From Mobula hypostoma (lineage: Eukaryota), in contig NC_086097.1 in NCBI RefSeq assembly GCF_963921235.1, positions 77,378,001 through 77,442,000 of the forward strand: a DNA stretch of 64,000 bases, in the 5' to 3' direction. Shown here piece after piece: positions 1 to 10,482 of this stretch. The stretch's first letter is position 1. The number at the start of each line of letters is the position of its first letter. The notes beneath the pieces are model-generated. The model searched no databases and had not been told where the DNA came from. It saw only the letters and a program-made list of their open reading frames with translations. The translations under genes were made by a program, and so were the position numbers.

Positions 1-1440
1 ACATGATATGCTATGAGGGAATGAAACAGGGCAGGTCACAGAAGTTTGTGTAGGTGAACACTTTGCATCTAGTGATCACAATGTTGTTAGTTTCAAAGCA
101 AATATGCAAAAAGATAGGTCTGGTCCCTGGTTTCAGATTCCAAATTGAAGAAAGGCCAATTTTGATGGTATCAGAAAATATCTGGCAAATGTGGACTGGG
201 ACAGGATGTTTTCTGGTAAAGGTGCACTTGGTGAGTGGGAGACCTTCAAAAGTGATGGCCAGCATGGCTTTGTGTTTTGTAGGTTGTGTCTTCCCAATCT
301 TACAGGGTTTTTTGAGGAGGTTACCAGGAAAGTTAATGAAGACTAGGCAGTGGATGTCGTCTATGCAGACTTTAGTAAAGCATTTGACAAGGTCCAACAT
401 GGGAGGTTGGTCAAGAAAGTTTAGTCACTCGACATTCAAGATGAAAAATTAAATTGGATTAGAGGGAGAAGCCAGAGAGTGGTAGTAGATAGTTGCCTGG
501 AGGCCTCACTGGAGTCCTGTGACTAGTGGTGTGCTGCAGGAATCAGTGCTGGGTCCACTGTGGTTTGTCATCTATATCAGTGATCTGGATGATATCATGG
601 TTAACTGGATCAGCAAGATTGGGGGTGTAGTGGACAGCGAAGAAGACTACCTGAGCTTGCAGAGGGATCTAGACCAGCTGGAAAAATGGGCTGAAAAATG
701 GAAGATGGAATTTAATGCAGACAAGTGCGAGGTGTTGCACGATGGTAGGACAACCAAGGTAGGTCTTACACAGTGAACGGTAGGATGCTGAGGAGTGTAG
801 TAGAACAAAGGGATCTGGAATACAGGTCCAGAATTCATTAAAAGTGGTGCCACAGTTAGATAGGTTCATAAAATAAGCTTTTGATACATCGGTATTCATA
901 AATCAAAGTACTGAGTACAGGAGATGAATGCTGTGTTGAAGTTGTATAAGAGATTGGTGAGACCTAACTTGGAGAACTGTGGGCAGTTTTGGTCACCCAT
1001 CTACTAAAAAAATCTAAATGAAGTTGAAAGAGTACAGAGAAAATTCACAAAGATGTTGCCAGGTCTGGAGGACCTGGGTTCTGAGGATAGATTGAATAGA
1101 TTAGGACTTCATACCTTAGAACGTAGAAGATGGAGGGGAGATTTGATTGATGTACACAAAACTATGCGGGGTATAGATAGTGTAAATGCAAGCAGGTTTT
1201 ACCACTAATGTTGGGTGCAACTACAATCAGAGGTCATGGGTTAAGGGTGAAAGGTGAGAAGTTTAAGGGGAACATGAGGGGAAACCTCTGTGGATAGGTA
1301 TGTGGCTGGTTGGGGTATGGAGAGCTATGGTGCCGGTACAAGTCGATAGGAGGAGGCTGTTTAAATGTTTCAGCATGGGCTAGGTGAGCCAAGGGGCCAG
1401 ATTTTGTGCTGTACTTTTGTATGACTTTTGTACTATATGA
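1..1440 (+). mobile_element. Decayed CR1 LINE ORF2 (RT region) and 3' end
   Basis: Fragments translate to CR1 RT motifs (DFSKAFDKV-like, TSGVLQESVLGP, LQRDLDQLEKWAEKWKMEFNADKCEVLH); ends in a short (atgact/tact)-like tail; many frameshifts. Confidence 0.9.
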
Positions 1441-1588
1441 CAAAGATGCACCAGTTAGTCGGTTAATTAATCATTATAACTTGTCCTGTGATTAGGCTAG
1501 GCTTAAATACGTGGGTTGCTGGGTGGTGCCACTAGTTGGGCCGGAAAACTCTGTATCACGCTGTATCTCTAAGTAAATAAAATAAAAT
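1441..1588 (+). mobile_element. SINE 3' half (V-SINE-like, CR1-type tail)
   Basis: caaagatg..ggttaatt core resembling the V-domain, followed by gggccggaa...tgtatctctaa and a (taaaa)n tail. Confidence 0.45.
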
Positions 1589-4176
1589 CTGCCCCTTCTT
1601 TCACAGACATGGCCTTTAATGTAAATGGTTACAACTATGTGATATTAATCTACACTTTGTACTAGAGAATTCCCATTTTAAATGGAGATGGTCTCTGGTT
1701 GACAAGAGAAGCTATAGCCCCATATATAGATTAATCCAAGCAACACAGTTCTTTTGCTTTTTGCAGGGACTCAGGTATCTCAGCTTTCAAAGACCCAATA
1801 GTAATGTGAATTCAAAGAAATCAATGCATCAGTAACACACAATGTGAAAATGAAGGACTGGCCTTGTTTGTTCTCTAACAGAGCAATACCTGGCTTGCAG
1901 TGCACTCCCACCTATAAATCAGCTTACTGTAAGTATTCAGATCAGGAGTGAAGTTGGAGAGGTATATTCACTCTGTGATATCCTCCAAACATCCCTTTCA
2001 CTACTGTGCTATCTCTTAGACCTTTTTGTGTGGGGTCAGCCTTGCTTATTTTGCTTTCGTCTATGCAAGTTGGCAAGTTACTTTTATTTGCCATAGATAT
2101 CAATAATATATATCCCAGAGGTTATAAACTACATGACAGGAGGAAATGATGAGGTTGATGCTCTGTGCTCAGGAAATGTTCAGAATCACTTTCCCACTGC
2201 ACTCAGAATGAACATGATACAAAATGGTGTGCATTTGATATCACCAAACAATGCAATTAAGAATTCAGATTTTTTTGTGCCTTGACCATTAACTCATTGC
2301 ACTTTTTACTGCCATGAAATACAGTATATGATTTAGAATTGTTAACAAAAAAAGTCATGAACAAAATCATTCAATTTTTTAAAACTATGAAGTAAATATA
2401 TTTATTAACAGGTGTTGAGGTAATATTTAAAATTCAGTTCTTTTAAGTGTAATTTGAAGTCTAAGAAGTCTGAATTAACAATAAATTAACTAGCTTTCAA
2501 ATGCTCTGAATCTCTACATTCCCCATTCAATCTGAATAGAGTTCTTTTAGTCAGAGTTGCCATAGCTCTTTGTACAATGCCTCACTGTATGAAAGTCTGT
2601 TAACAGCTATATGATACTCCCAGATATACTTTTCCTGACCACAAGGTCCATTTTGATGCCAAATATTGAAAGATTGTATATTTCTTCTGCATGTTTTTGC
2701 AAATTCCTCACAGCCAAATATGCATTCAGGTAATTATATCCGCATTTCACATTTGGGTCTTTAAAAAACCTTTCTACTTGCAAACCTTTTTAAAGCTAGT
2801 TACTTGAATGAATTATCATGTGAAAATATTATACACAATATTTGTTAATCTCAGAAATAATACAACATTGAGAATATGAGTAACAATTTGACATTTCAGC
2901 CAAGGTTTGGGAAACATTTTGCAATTCTAGATGTACATGTATGTCCAGCACATAAGATGGTGATTACTTATCCCAGTTCTGTCATGTTATCTGTTAATAA
3001 AGACATGAGTCTGTCGAGTGAAGTGGCAGAGTTAAACGTTTTTTTCATTTCATAGAAAGGTTGAGGGATCTCATTGACTTTCTCATGAGTACTAATGCTA
3101 TGGTATGCCAATAGCATGCTTTTGTACATTTGGCATCTTGCATATTTCTACTTTGATTTGGGGCATTAGATGAGAACTCGCAACCCGATTTTATTTCGTC
3201 CTTTATCCATTTTGTTACCAAGAGAATCCCTGCCATTCTTAAAATCTGAAACCCTTACAGAAGCAGCAGCTTACACTTTTCTGCATTGATTATTATTCAT
3301 GGCTATATAGTTTGGATTCTGGGTACGGACCAACCCACTCTGCAGATCTCCAGCATTGCTCCATCTCTACTTGTCAATGGAAAGTTTATTGGGAGGTCGG
3401 CATTGGTTTCCTTCCTCTCTTTCTCTCTCTCTCATACTCTGTGGTCTTCTCACCTTCAGGGAAGAGTAGAAAAGGACATGTAAGTGAGTATAATGGCATG
3501 GGTTCAGGGAGCTTTGCCGAACAAACCTCTGAAACCTCGAATGGATTTCCTGCTGTCAATCTTTCTCTTGAGCTAACTATCAAAAAGTGAGTAATTTACA
3601 AGCAACGGTCAGGGCTTTTAAAGCCAGGCATGGGAAGGTTGAGAATAAGTCTTCAGCAAGTTATTTTCTGGAAGGTCTCTGAACACATTCAATTATATGC
3701 AGTATATGCCTCCCGCTTTACCTCCTTGCAGGCGTAAAGAAAACACAACACACTGGAAAGTGAGAAAGTTGAGGAGGCCTCCCAAAGAATTCTCAGTTGG
3801 TGAACAGAGATAGGGATGTATCCGGGGTTTGGCAGAACAGAAGAATGCCTGCCTATTAGGAGATAGGGTACTTGTACCCACATGATGTCACAATTAAATG
3901 AAGACCTCCTGTGTCGCTCAACACTCAGGTTAAAAGAAAACAAAATCATGTAAGGATTTGTAAGTTCTCCCAGTAACTGTGTGGGTTTCCCTCACACATT
4001 CCAAAGATCAGTGGTCCCCAACCACCGGGCCGCAGAGCATGCGCTCCCGGGCCGCGAGGAAACGATATGATTTGGTGATATGAGTCAGCTGCACCTTTCC
4101 TCATTCCCTGTCAAGCCCACTGTTGAGCTTGAACACACGCGAGGTCATTACCCGGGCGTCATCCATGTCAGCCTGG

Positions 4177-4471
4177 GAAGGAGATCAACTCCTAGAGCTT
4201 GCAAATGACGGTGGGCTGAAAAGTATGTTTGATGTAACATCTCTGCCGGCATTCTGGATCAAAGTCAAGGCTAAATATCCTGAGGTAGCCACGAAAGCAC
4301 TGAAAACGTTTCTTCCATTTCCAACGTATCTCTGCAATGAATGCAACGAAAACTAAATTGCAGAATAGACTGGACATAAGGAACCCTCTTCGAGTATCGC
4401 TGTCTCCCATCACTCTTCGATAGGACCGTCTTGTTGCAGGGAACAAGTATGCAGCCCAGGGCTCCCACTGA
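4177..4471 (+). pseudogene. hAT transposase C-terminal (dimerisation domain) remnant
   Basis: QLLELANDGGLKSMF..FWIKVKAKYPEVATKALKTFLPFPTYLC, then after a frameshift RLDIRNPLRVSLSPIT..AQGSH*. Confidence 0.85.
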
Positions 4472-4584
4472 TTCAGCGATATTGGTGTGTTGCAATTATT
4501 TTATATGTTCATACGGGGAAAATATGTGCGGTGTGTTTAATATCCAAACATCACTTAAAATGTTATGAAGCTATTGACTTATTT

Positions 4585-4785
4585 AACCATTTTACAATTA
4601 CAGCACGGAAACAGGCGATCTTGGCCCTTCTAGTTCATGCCGAATGTTACTCTCACCTAGTCCCACCGACCTGCACTCAGCCCATAACCCTCCATTCCTT
4701 TCCTGTTCATATAGCTGTCTAATTTTTCTTTAAATGATAATATCGAACCTGCCTCTACCACTTCTACTGGAAGTTCGTTCAATAC
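4585..4785 (-). mobile_element. CR1 3'-end fragment nested in the hAT element
   Basis: Closely matches the 3' end of the CR1 at 33697-33900 (acaattacagcacggaaacagg..cccataaccctccattcc). Confidence 0.85.
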
Positions 4786-5727
4786 TTACTTCAAGCTCCC
4801 CTGTCCTCCCCTGATAATTGACTTATCACTATATTCATGCGAGGAAAATATGCGCTGTGTGTTTAATGTTAAATTCGTTAGATAAACCCTTTTAGAAACG
4901 AAATTGAGTGTATTAGCCACTTTATCACCTAAATTCCGGTTGTGATTAACACCCTCACCTCTGAACAGAATTGCCAAAAACGATTTGTGGAAAAAAAGCG
5001 GCAGGCACACACATGCGCACTGGTGCCGCGCAAGGCTTCATGGGTCATGGTAGTCTTTCTTGGGGTCAACACAATGTATTTAACAGCTACTCTTGTCCGT
5101 AGTCAACCCTACCCGCCCCCCCCCCGCCCCGGTCGGCCGGTCTGCAAGAATCTTGTCAATATTAAACCGGTCCGCAGTGCAAAAAAGGTTGGGGACCCCT
5201 GCCAAAGATGTACGGTTGGGGTTTGTGAGCTGTGGGCATGCTATGTTGGCACCAGAGATGCAGTGACATTTGTGGGCTGCCTGCACAATTCCTCACTGAT
5301 TTAGCTTGATGCAAACAATGCATTTCACTGTATGCTTTGATGTTTCCACGTGCATGTGATAATTAAAGCTATTCTGAGATATTAGTGAGCTTAGACTGCC
5401 TGCCATAGGACATAATGTTATGGTAACCCAGCACATCAAGCTTCACAGATACTTGCAGAAACATCTCCCTATAATTGTACACCAGCTGCACTCTGGAGTG
5501 GGAGGTCTAACATTGATGGACTGATTGATTTGTTGGTGCTAAGATTGGTGGTGGTGCACTGTTCCTGTGAGGCATCAACCAGAGGTACAATGTTGAGCAA
5601 TCACTCATTCTGACTGATCTTCTCAGAGTTGACATGGTGGGAGGCAGTCTTCTATCCGAAGCAATGAAAACAGAAGATGGTGTAAACACTCAGCATGTCA
5701 AGCAGCGTCTGAAGGAAGAGGAACAAT

Positions 5728-5764
5728 GTTAACGTTTCAGGTCAAAGACCATTCATCAGAACTG
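5728..5764 (-). ncRNA. Minimal hammerhead ribozyme motif in an old Penelope-like fragment
   Basis: Minus strand reads cagtt-CTGATGA-at-ggtc-ttt-gacc-t-GAAAC-GTT-aac: catalytic core, stem II and short stem I present. Confidence 0.55.
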
Positions 5765-6006
5765 CCACTCATTGATATATCCTTCACTCCAAAGGCACCT
5801 ATCTTAAACACTTGTGGACTGCTAAATGGGAGAAAAAAACCAGTAAGAGGAGTAACCACTTGACCCTTCAAGCCTGTCCTGCTATTTAAAATGTTCATGG
5901 CTGATCTGCCCCACTGCCAGTTCCTCAACACCCTCAATTCCCAGATCTTTTAAAACATTATTCACTTTCTCTCTAAATGCCACAAATTATCTCAGGAGAT
6001 CATGAA

Positions 6007-6448
6007 CACAAGAGATTCTGCAGATGCTGGAAATCCAAAGCAACACATACAAAATCTGGGGGAACTCAGCAGGTCAGACAGCATTGATGGAGAGGAATAA
6101 GTGTGGTAAACCATATATAGAGGTTGTAACTGGGTTACCTGTTTGGGCATGCCTGGAGACACCCCTCTGCTGACTGCTCCTGTGGCTCCTCCTACAGACC
6201 CCTGAATAAAAGCGATTGTGTCACTGCTCCTCCCTCAGTCCAGGACAGATATTCAGCATGGACATTGGTCCATTTACTGTCCATTTCCAGTCTTTTGGAG
6301 TAATTGATAGTGCATCAATAAGCAGTAGACATTTCAAGCCGAGACACTTCAGCCTGATGAAGAGTATTGGTCAGAAGCATCGACTGCTTATTCCCCTCCA
6401 AATATGCCACCTGATCTGCTGAGTTCTTCCAGCATTTTGTATATGTTG
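6007..6448. mobile_element. Older inverted (palindromic) Penelope-like mini-element, split by a solo LTR
   Basis: Left arm ttctgcagatgctggaaatccaaagcaacac.. and right arm ..ctgctgagttcttccagcattttg are diverged reverse complements; degenerate CTGATGA..GAAG core at about 6354-6385. Confidence 0.7.
6102..6317. mobile_element. Solo LTR (216 bp)
   Basis: TG...CA termini; 5-bp TSD ATAAG (6097-6101 and 6318-6322); internal AATAAA; host element rejoins cleanly on removal. Confidence 0.8.
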
Positions 6449-8300
6449 ATTTAGGGGGCTGTTGGATGTATCAATAGTGAAGGAGTGAAAGGAAAAGATG
6501 TGGGCCCTTGGCAAAGCATATGCTTCCTTCAATCCACAATTCTTTGCTGGCCATCTCTGCGCTTCCCCCCGTCTAATAGTCTATGAGAGCAGGCTACTGT
6601 AGGTATTGTTCATGGATCTAAATAGTCCAAGTGATGTGCACCCCAAAAACCCAATCTCTCGAGTGTACCTGCACAAATCAACAACTTAGAAAAAAAGAGC
6701 AATTTTTTACCCCACTACTGGGAAGATAGGGGCTGTGAATAGAGAGTGCATGGACTGAGACTGATTTGGCTAACGCTACAAAGTCACCTCTGATTCACTG
6801 GCCATGGCTACTGGTGGATCACGGAACCATGGATCTGCCATCAAACTAAACAGAGAGTGTAAATGTTGCACCACATGTGCAACCTGTAGATGAAAATTGA
6901 CAGCCCACCTTCCCCGAGGGGGAGTGCGTGCAGGCAGTATAATGCGTGGAGCCAGATGCAGAACACAACAGGTTGGGATCGACTTACTGACAAGCTGATG
7001 ACTGTGTCTGTTCTAGCCCCTAGCCTAGCCACCACAAGTTCCCAAACGTACAGTAAAGTCCAGACATGGAGTGAAAGAGAGAAGACTACTGGGTGCATCT
7101 CAGCTTGACATTTGGGTAAGGAGACTTGCCTTTAAAGTTATTATATTTTGTTCAAAAATATATTAGTTTGATAAAAATATTGTTAAGATATTTAGCAACC
7201 AATTTAAAATGTAAGCTATTTTTTACTTACGTTGAAAAGCATTCACCAGGCAGATTGAAGCAATTTGATGTTAAGCTTTGGCAGGTATTAAGATGGTGCT
7301 TTAAGATTATTCTTGGAAAGTATTTAAGTTCAGGAACTAATGCACACTACTCTTGGACAATATGAATCACTGGGTGGAGTTTCTCCCACTTGTCTCTTTC
7401 CAATACAGAATCAGAAAGTTTCAGCCCAAAATCTTTGTTGTGGAGCAACAGGCCATCTGTGACAATTGCACACCTGTACCTCTGTAGGAGATTGAAACAG
7501 GACCATTGGGATTACATTTGGTAGTGATATTTTACCATGATAACCTAGGTCACACACAAAATTTATGAAATTAATTTATCTCTTCATCAAAATTTCATTC
7601 AATTTAATTTTGTGAGGAAATGAGCCTTGAAGCCGGAGGCTATAACTGGAGTATTAAAACATATCCATTCGAATGACACCATTGACTCTTACATAAAGAC
7701 TATTCTGCAAATTTATGATCATACACAATTCTCATATTGACAAATGTTATTGATTTCAGTTCACTTAAAATGTACACTTGGGACTATGGATAACTTGGCA
7801 ATCATGGTTAGTGTATGGAGCTCGAATAATGGCAGATACTTGGAATGGGGTTAAGAGAGCATCACTTTCAGTTATTTATTTAGGCAAGATCAGAAACAGT
7901 TAACAGACATTAGAAGCATTATTTTTAATCTTGGATTGCTAAATCTCTATCATGCCAGGCTGCATTTTTGATAGAAAATAGCTCACTTCTGTTAAAAGTT
8001 GTACCAATTCTTAAGCATCCTGAAACATCTTTTTCAATATACTTTAAATTGTTGCTTTGGACTCCATTCTTGGAAACATTTCTGGATCTGTCTATAACTT
8101 AATTAAGTGTGAGTTATTAAATGTGACCTTGACAGTTTATTATAGTGTACAGGAGTTACAGCAAAACCATCTCTTATCCATTTCACTGCCAGAAGGACTC
8201 AACAAGCAGGGCAAAGTTCTTTGTTTCAGCCTGACATGAAGGGAGAAAATGAAACAGCCAATAGGAAGAGCAGGTTCCCTGAATGCCTTCATTATCAGTG

Positions 8301-8545
8301 AAGATTAGCCTTATTTGTCGCATGTACATCAAAACATACAGTAAAATGTGTCACTTGCGTCAGATGAAATCAGTGAAGATTGTGCTCGGCAGCTGCAAGT
8401 GTCGCTGTGCTTCCAGTACCAACATGCCCTCAAATCTCTGACCCTGAGAGAAAACTGAAGAATCTAGAGGAAACCCTCACGGTCAAGGGGAGAATGTATA
8501 AACTCCTTACAGACAGTGGCCGGAATTGAACTCGCATCTTACAGT
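8301..8545 (-). mobile_element. tRNA-derived V-SINE-like element
   Basis: B-box-like gagttcaattcc on the minus strand, gagggtttcctc core, tail shared with the SINE at 3948-5372. Confidence 0.6.
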
Positions 8546-8884
8546 TAGTGCTGAAAAGCTTATCCCAATTATCCCAATAATAGTGATCCTGAACATCACT
8601 ATTCACTATTGTAAGATAATCACCAATTCTCAACATCCGTTCTGCCAGGATCTTTGGCTTCAAAACTCATTAAATCTGTGGTCCATGTATTTCAGAGGAA
8701 AAGTGAGAATGGCTCCTTAGCAAGCAGATGACCAGGTGAGGCACCAAAAAAATTCACAGAGAGTTAGGAGAAACTTTACATGGTTAGGAACACACCTGGA
8801 GCAGAGGAATGTGGTTGCGTTAGTTGGATACCATTCCCAGGAGAATGCTGCAGAGGTTTTCGGGGAGGTGTTTTAGAAGATTGA

Positions 8885-9132
8885 GTATAGAACATAGAAC
8901 AGTACTGCACAGTACAGACCCTTTGATCCATGATGTTGTGCTGACAGTTTAACCTTCTCTAAGGTCAATCTAACCCTTCCCTTTCACATGGCCCTCGGAT
9001 TGTTTTTTAAATCAGTTATGTGCCTATCTAAGTGTCTCTTAAATAACCCCAATTTATTTGCCTCTACCATCTTCTCTGGCAGTGCGTTCCACACACCCAC
9101 CACTCTATGCAAAAAACTTAACTCTGGCATCC
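8885..9132 (-). mobile_element. CR1 3'-end fragment
   Basis: (atagaac)n tail on + and CR1 C-terminal gtggtgggtgtgtggaacgcactgcc on -. Confidence 0.75.
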
Positions 9133-10049
9133 AATTTAAGTGTGACTGTTTTCATTTGTTTCACTGAGGGCGTTTCCCATCTTAACCATAAGTAGGAATG
9201 CTCACTGATAAATGAGCAGTTCTCAGTTCTGTTTACAATACATCTAAAGATTAAGCAGCCTGTGCCCACACACAGCATCAGCTAAAAAGAATCCACACTT
9301 GCAGTGTAAGTGGAAAGATCTATCTAAGATCAATCTAGATTTCTCTCTCACTTAGCCTTCCATTTAGAGTCTCTTAAATGGCCCAAGTGTATCTACATCA
9401 AGAGGGAGAAATAGGTATTTGGGAGGGTGTCAGGATTTTGACAGAGCTTGTCACAATAGACCAGAACTTATCATAATGGACACTTCGGGAGCGAACTCTG
9501 ATAACAACTTAGATGAACAACCAGATAAATACAGTGGTTATAAGAACATTGGTGAGGTTTAGCATTCTATAGTAAATTATTCCTGTCTTGACTTCTCAGC
9601 ACCTTTCTACTATTTACAAGAACAAGTCCGGAGAATGATGAAATGCCCTTGAGCTTCCTGGATGAGTCCATCACCTCCAACATTCAAGATGTCCGACCAT
9701 ATCCAGGATAAAGCTGTTTACTAAATCAGCCTCACATCTCACCAATGTTATTGCACACTTTACCCACTTTACAGATTTGCTGCAGCAACTTCAAAAAGTT
9801 TATTCCCCATCACCTACAGTAAAGAGCATGCCATTTTAATTTTTGGAAGAGCAGGTGCAAAAGGTGCAGAGAAATAATATCACTTCCAAATCCAAATTTT
9901 CCAACAAGTCATATAGCATTCAGAACTGGGCTGTAAACTGCCAAAACTACCTTTGCTTTAGAAAGCTGGTACTCTGGCAGAGGATTCTTCACTCCACTAA
10001 CTGCAGCAGCTCTAGAAACTGGTAAAAACTGATCTGGAATCTTGGCCTC

Positions 10050-10482
10050 CTTTCCACATCATATTTTATCGAGTTGAGTAAGATGTTCTCCTCAGAGTTG
10101 TCTGCACTGCTGTAGAGGTCAAACTGGAATCTACATATTCTGGTGCAGTGTGGGCAAGAGTGTGATTAGGGCGGTGGCTGTGGTTAGTGGCTGGGGCTTT
10201 TGGTTGCAGAATCACTCATTTCACAGCTGCTACTTGTTCTCTGTGGCACAGTGGAGATTATTGTCATGTAGCACAGCTCCCTCTTGAACACATTTCCTGC
10301 AGGTGTATCCATTGAGTGCAATGTCTTCTTAGTTTTTAGATGTAATGTGGAATTTCTTCAGACTGATTTTGATGTTATCTTTGAAGTGTTTCCTTTGCCC
10401 ACCAGGGGCTTGTCGACCTTCCTTCAACTGAAAGTAAAGGATCTGTTTGGGAAGACGTGAGTTAAGCATCTGGATGCCATCA
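10050..10482 (-). mobile_element. RTE-clade LINE 3' relic
   Basis: Minus strand translates RLPKQILY.QLKEGR.APGGQRKHFKDNIK.SLKK and a terminal CPHC.R.C knuckle typical of RTE ORF C-termini. Confidence 0.75.

Larger units (their letters stand above)
4009..5201 (+). mobile_element. Non-autonomous hAT (Charlie group) DNA transposon
   Basis: TIRs CAGTGGTCCCCAACC / GGTTGGGGACCCCTG; perfect 8-bp TSD CCAAAGAT at 4001-4008 and 5202-5209; transposase remnant inside. Confidence 0.93.
3948..5372 (+). mobile_element. V-SINE-like element split by the hAT insertion
   Basis: gtgtgggtttcc..ccaaagat before 4009 resumes as ccaaagatgtacggtt after 5201; same family as the minus-strand copy at 8301-8545. Confidence 0.55.

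Noticed and set aside
6450..7125. Possible retroviral env or Gypsy integrase tail (QTWSER resembling TRSGR, purine tract)
   Set aside because: Only faint motif resemblance across broken frames; cannot be supported without a profile search
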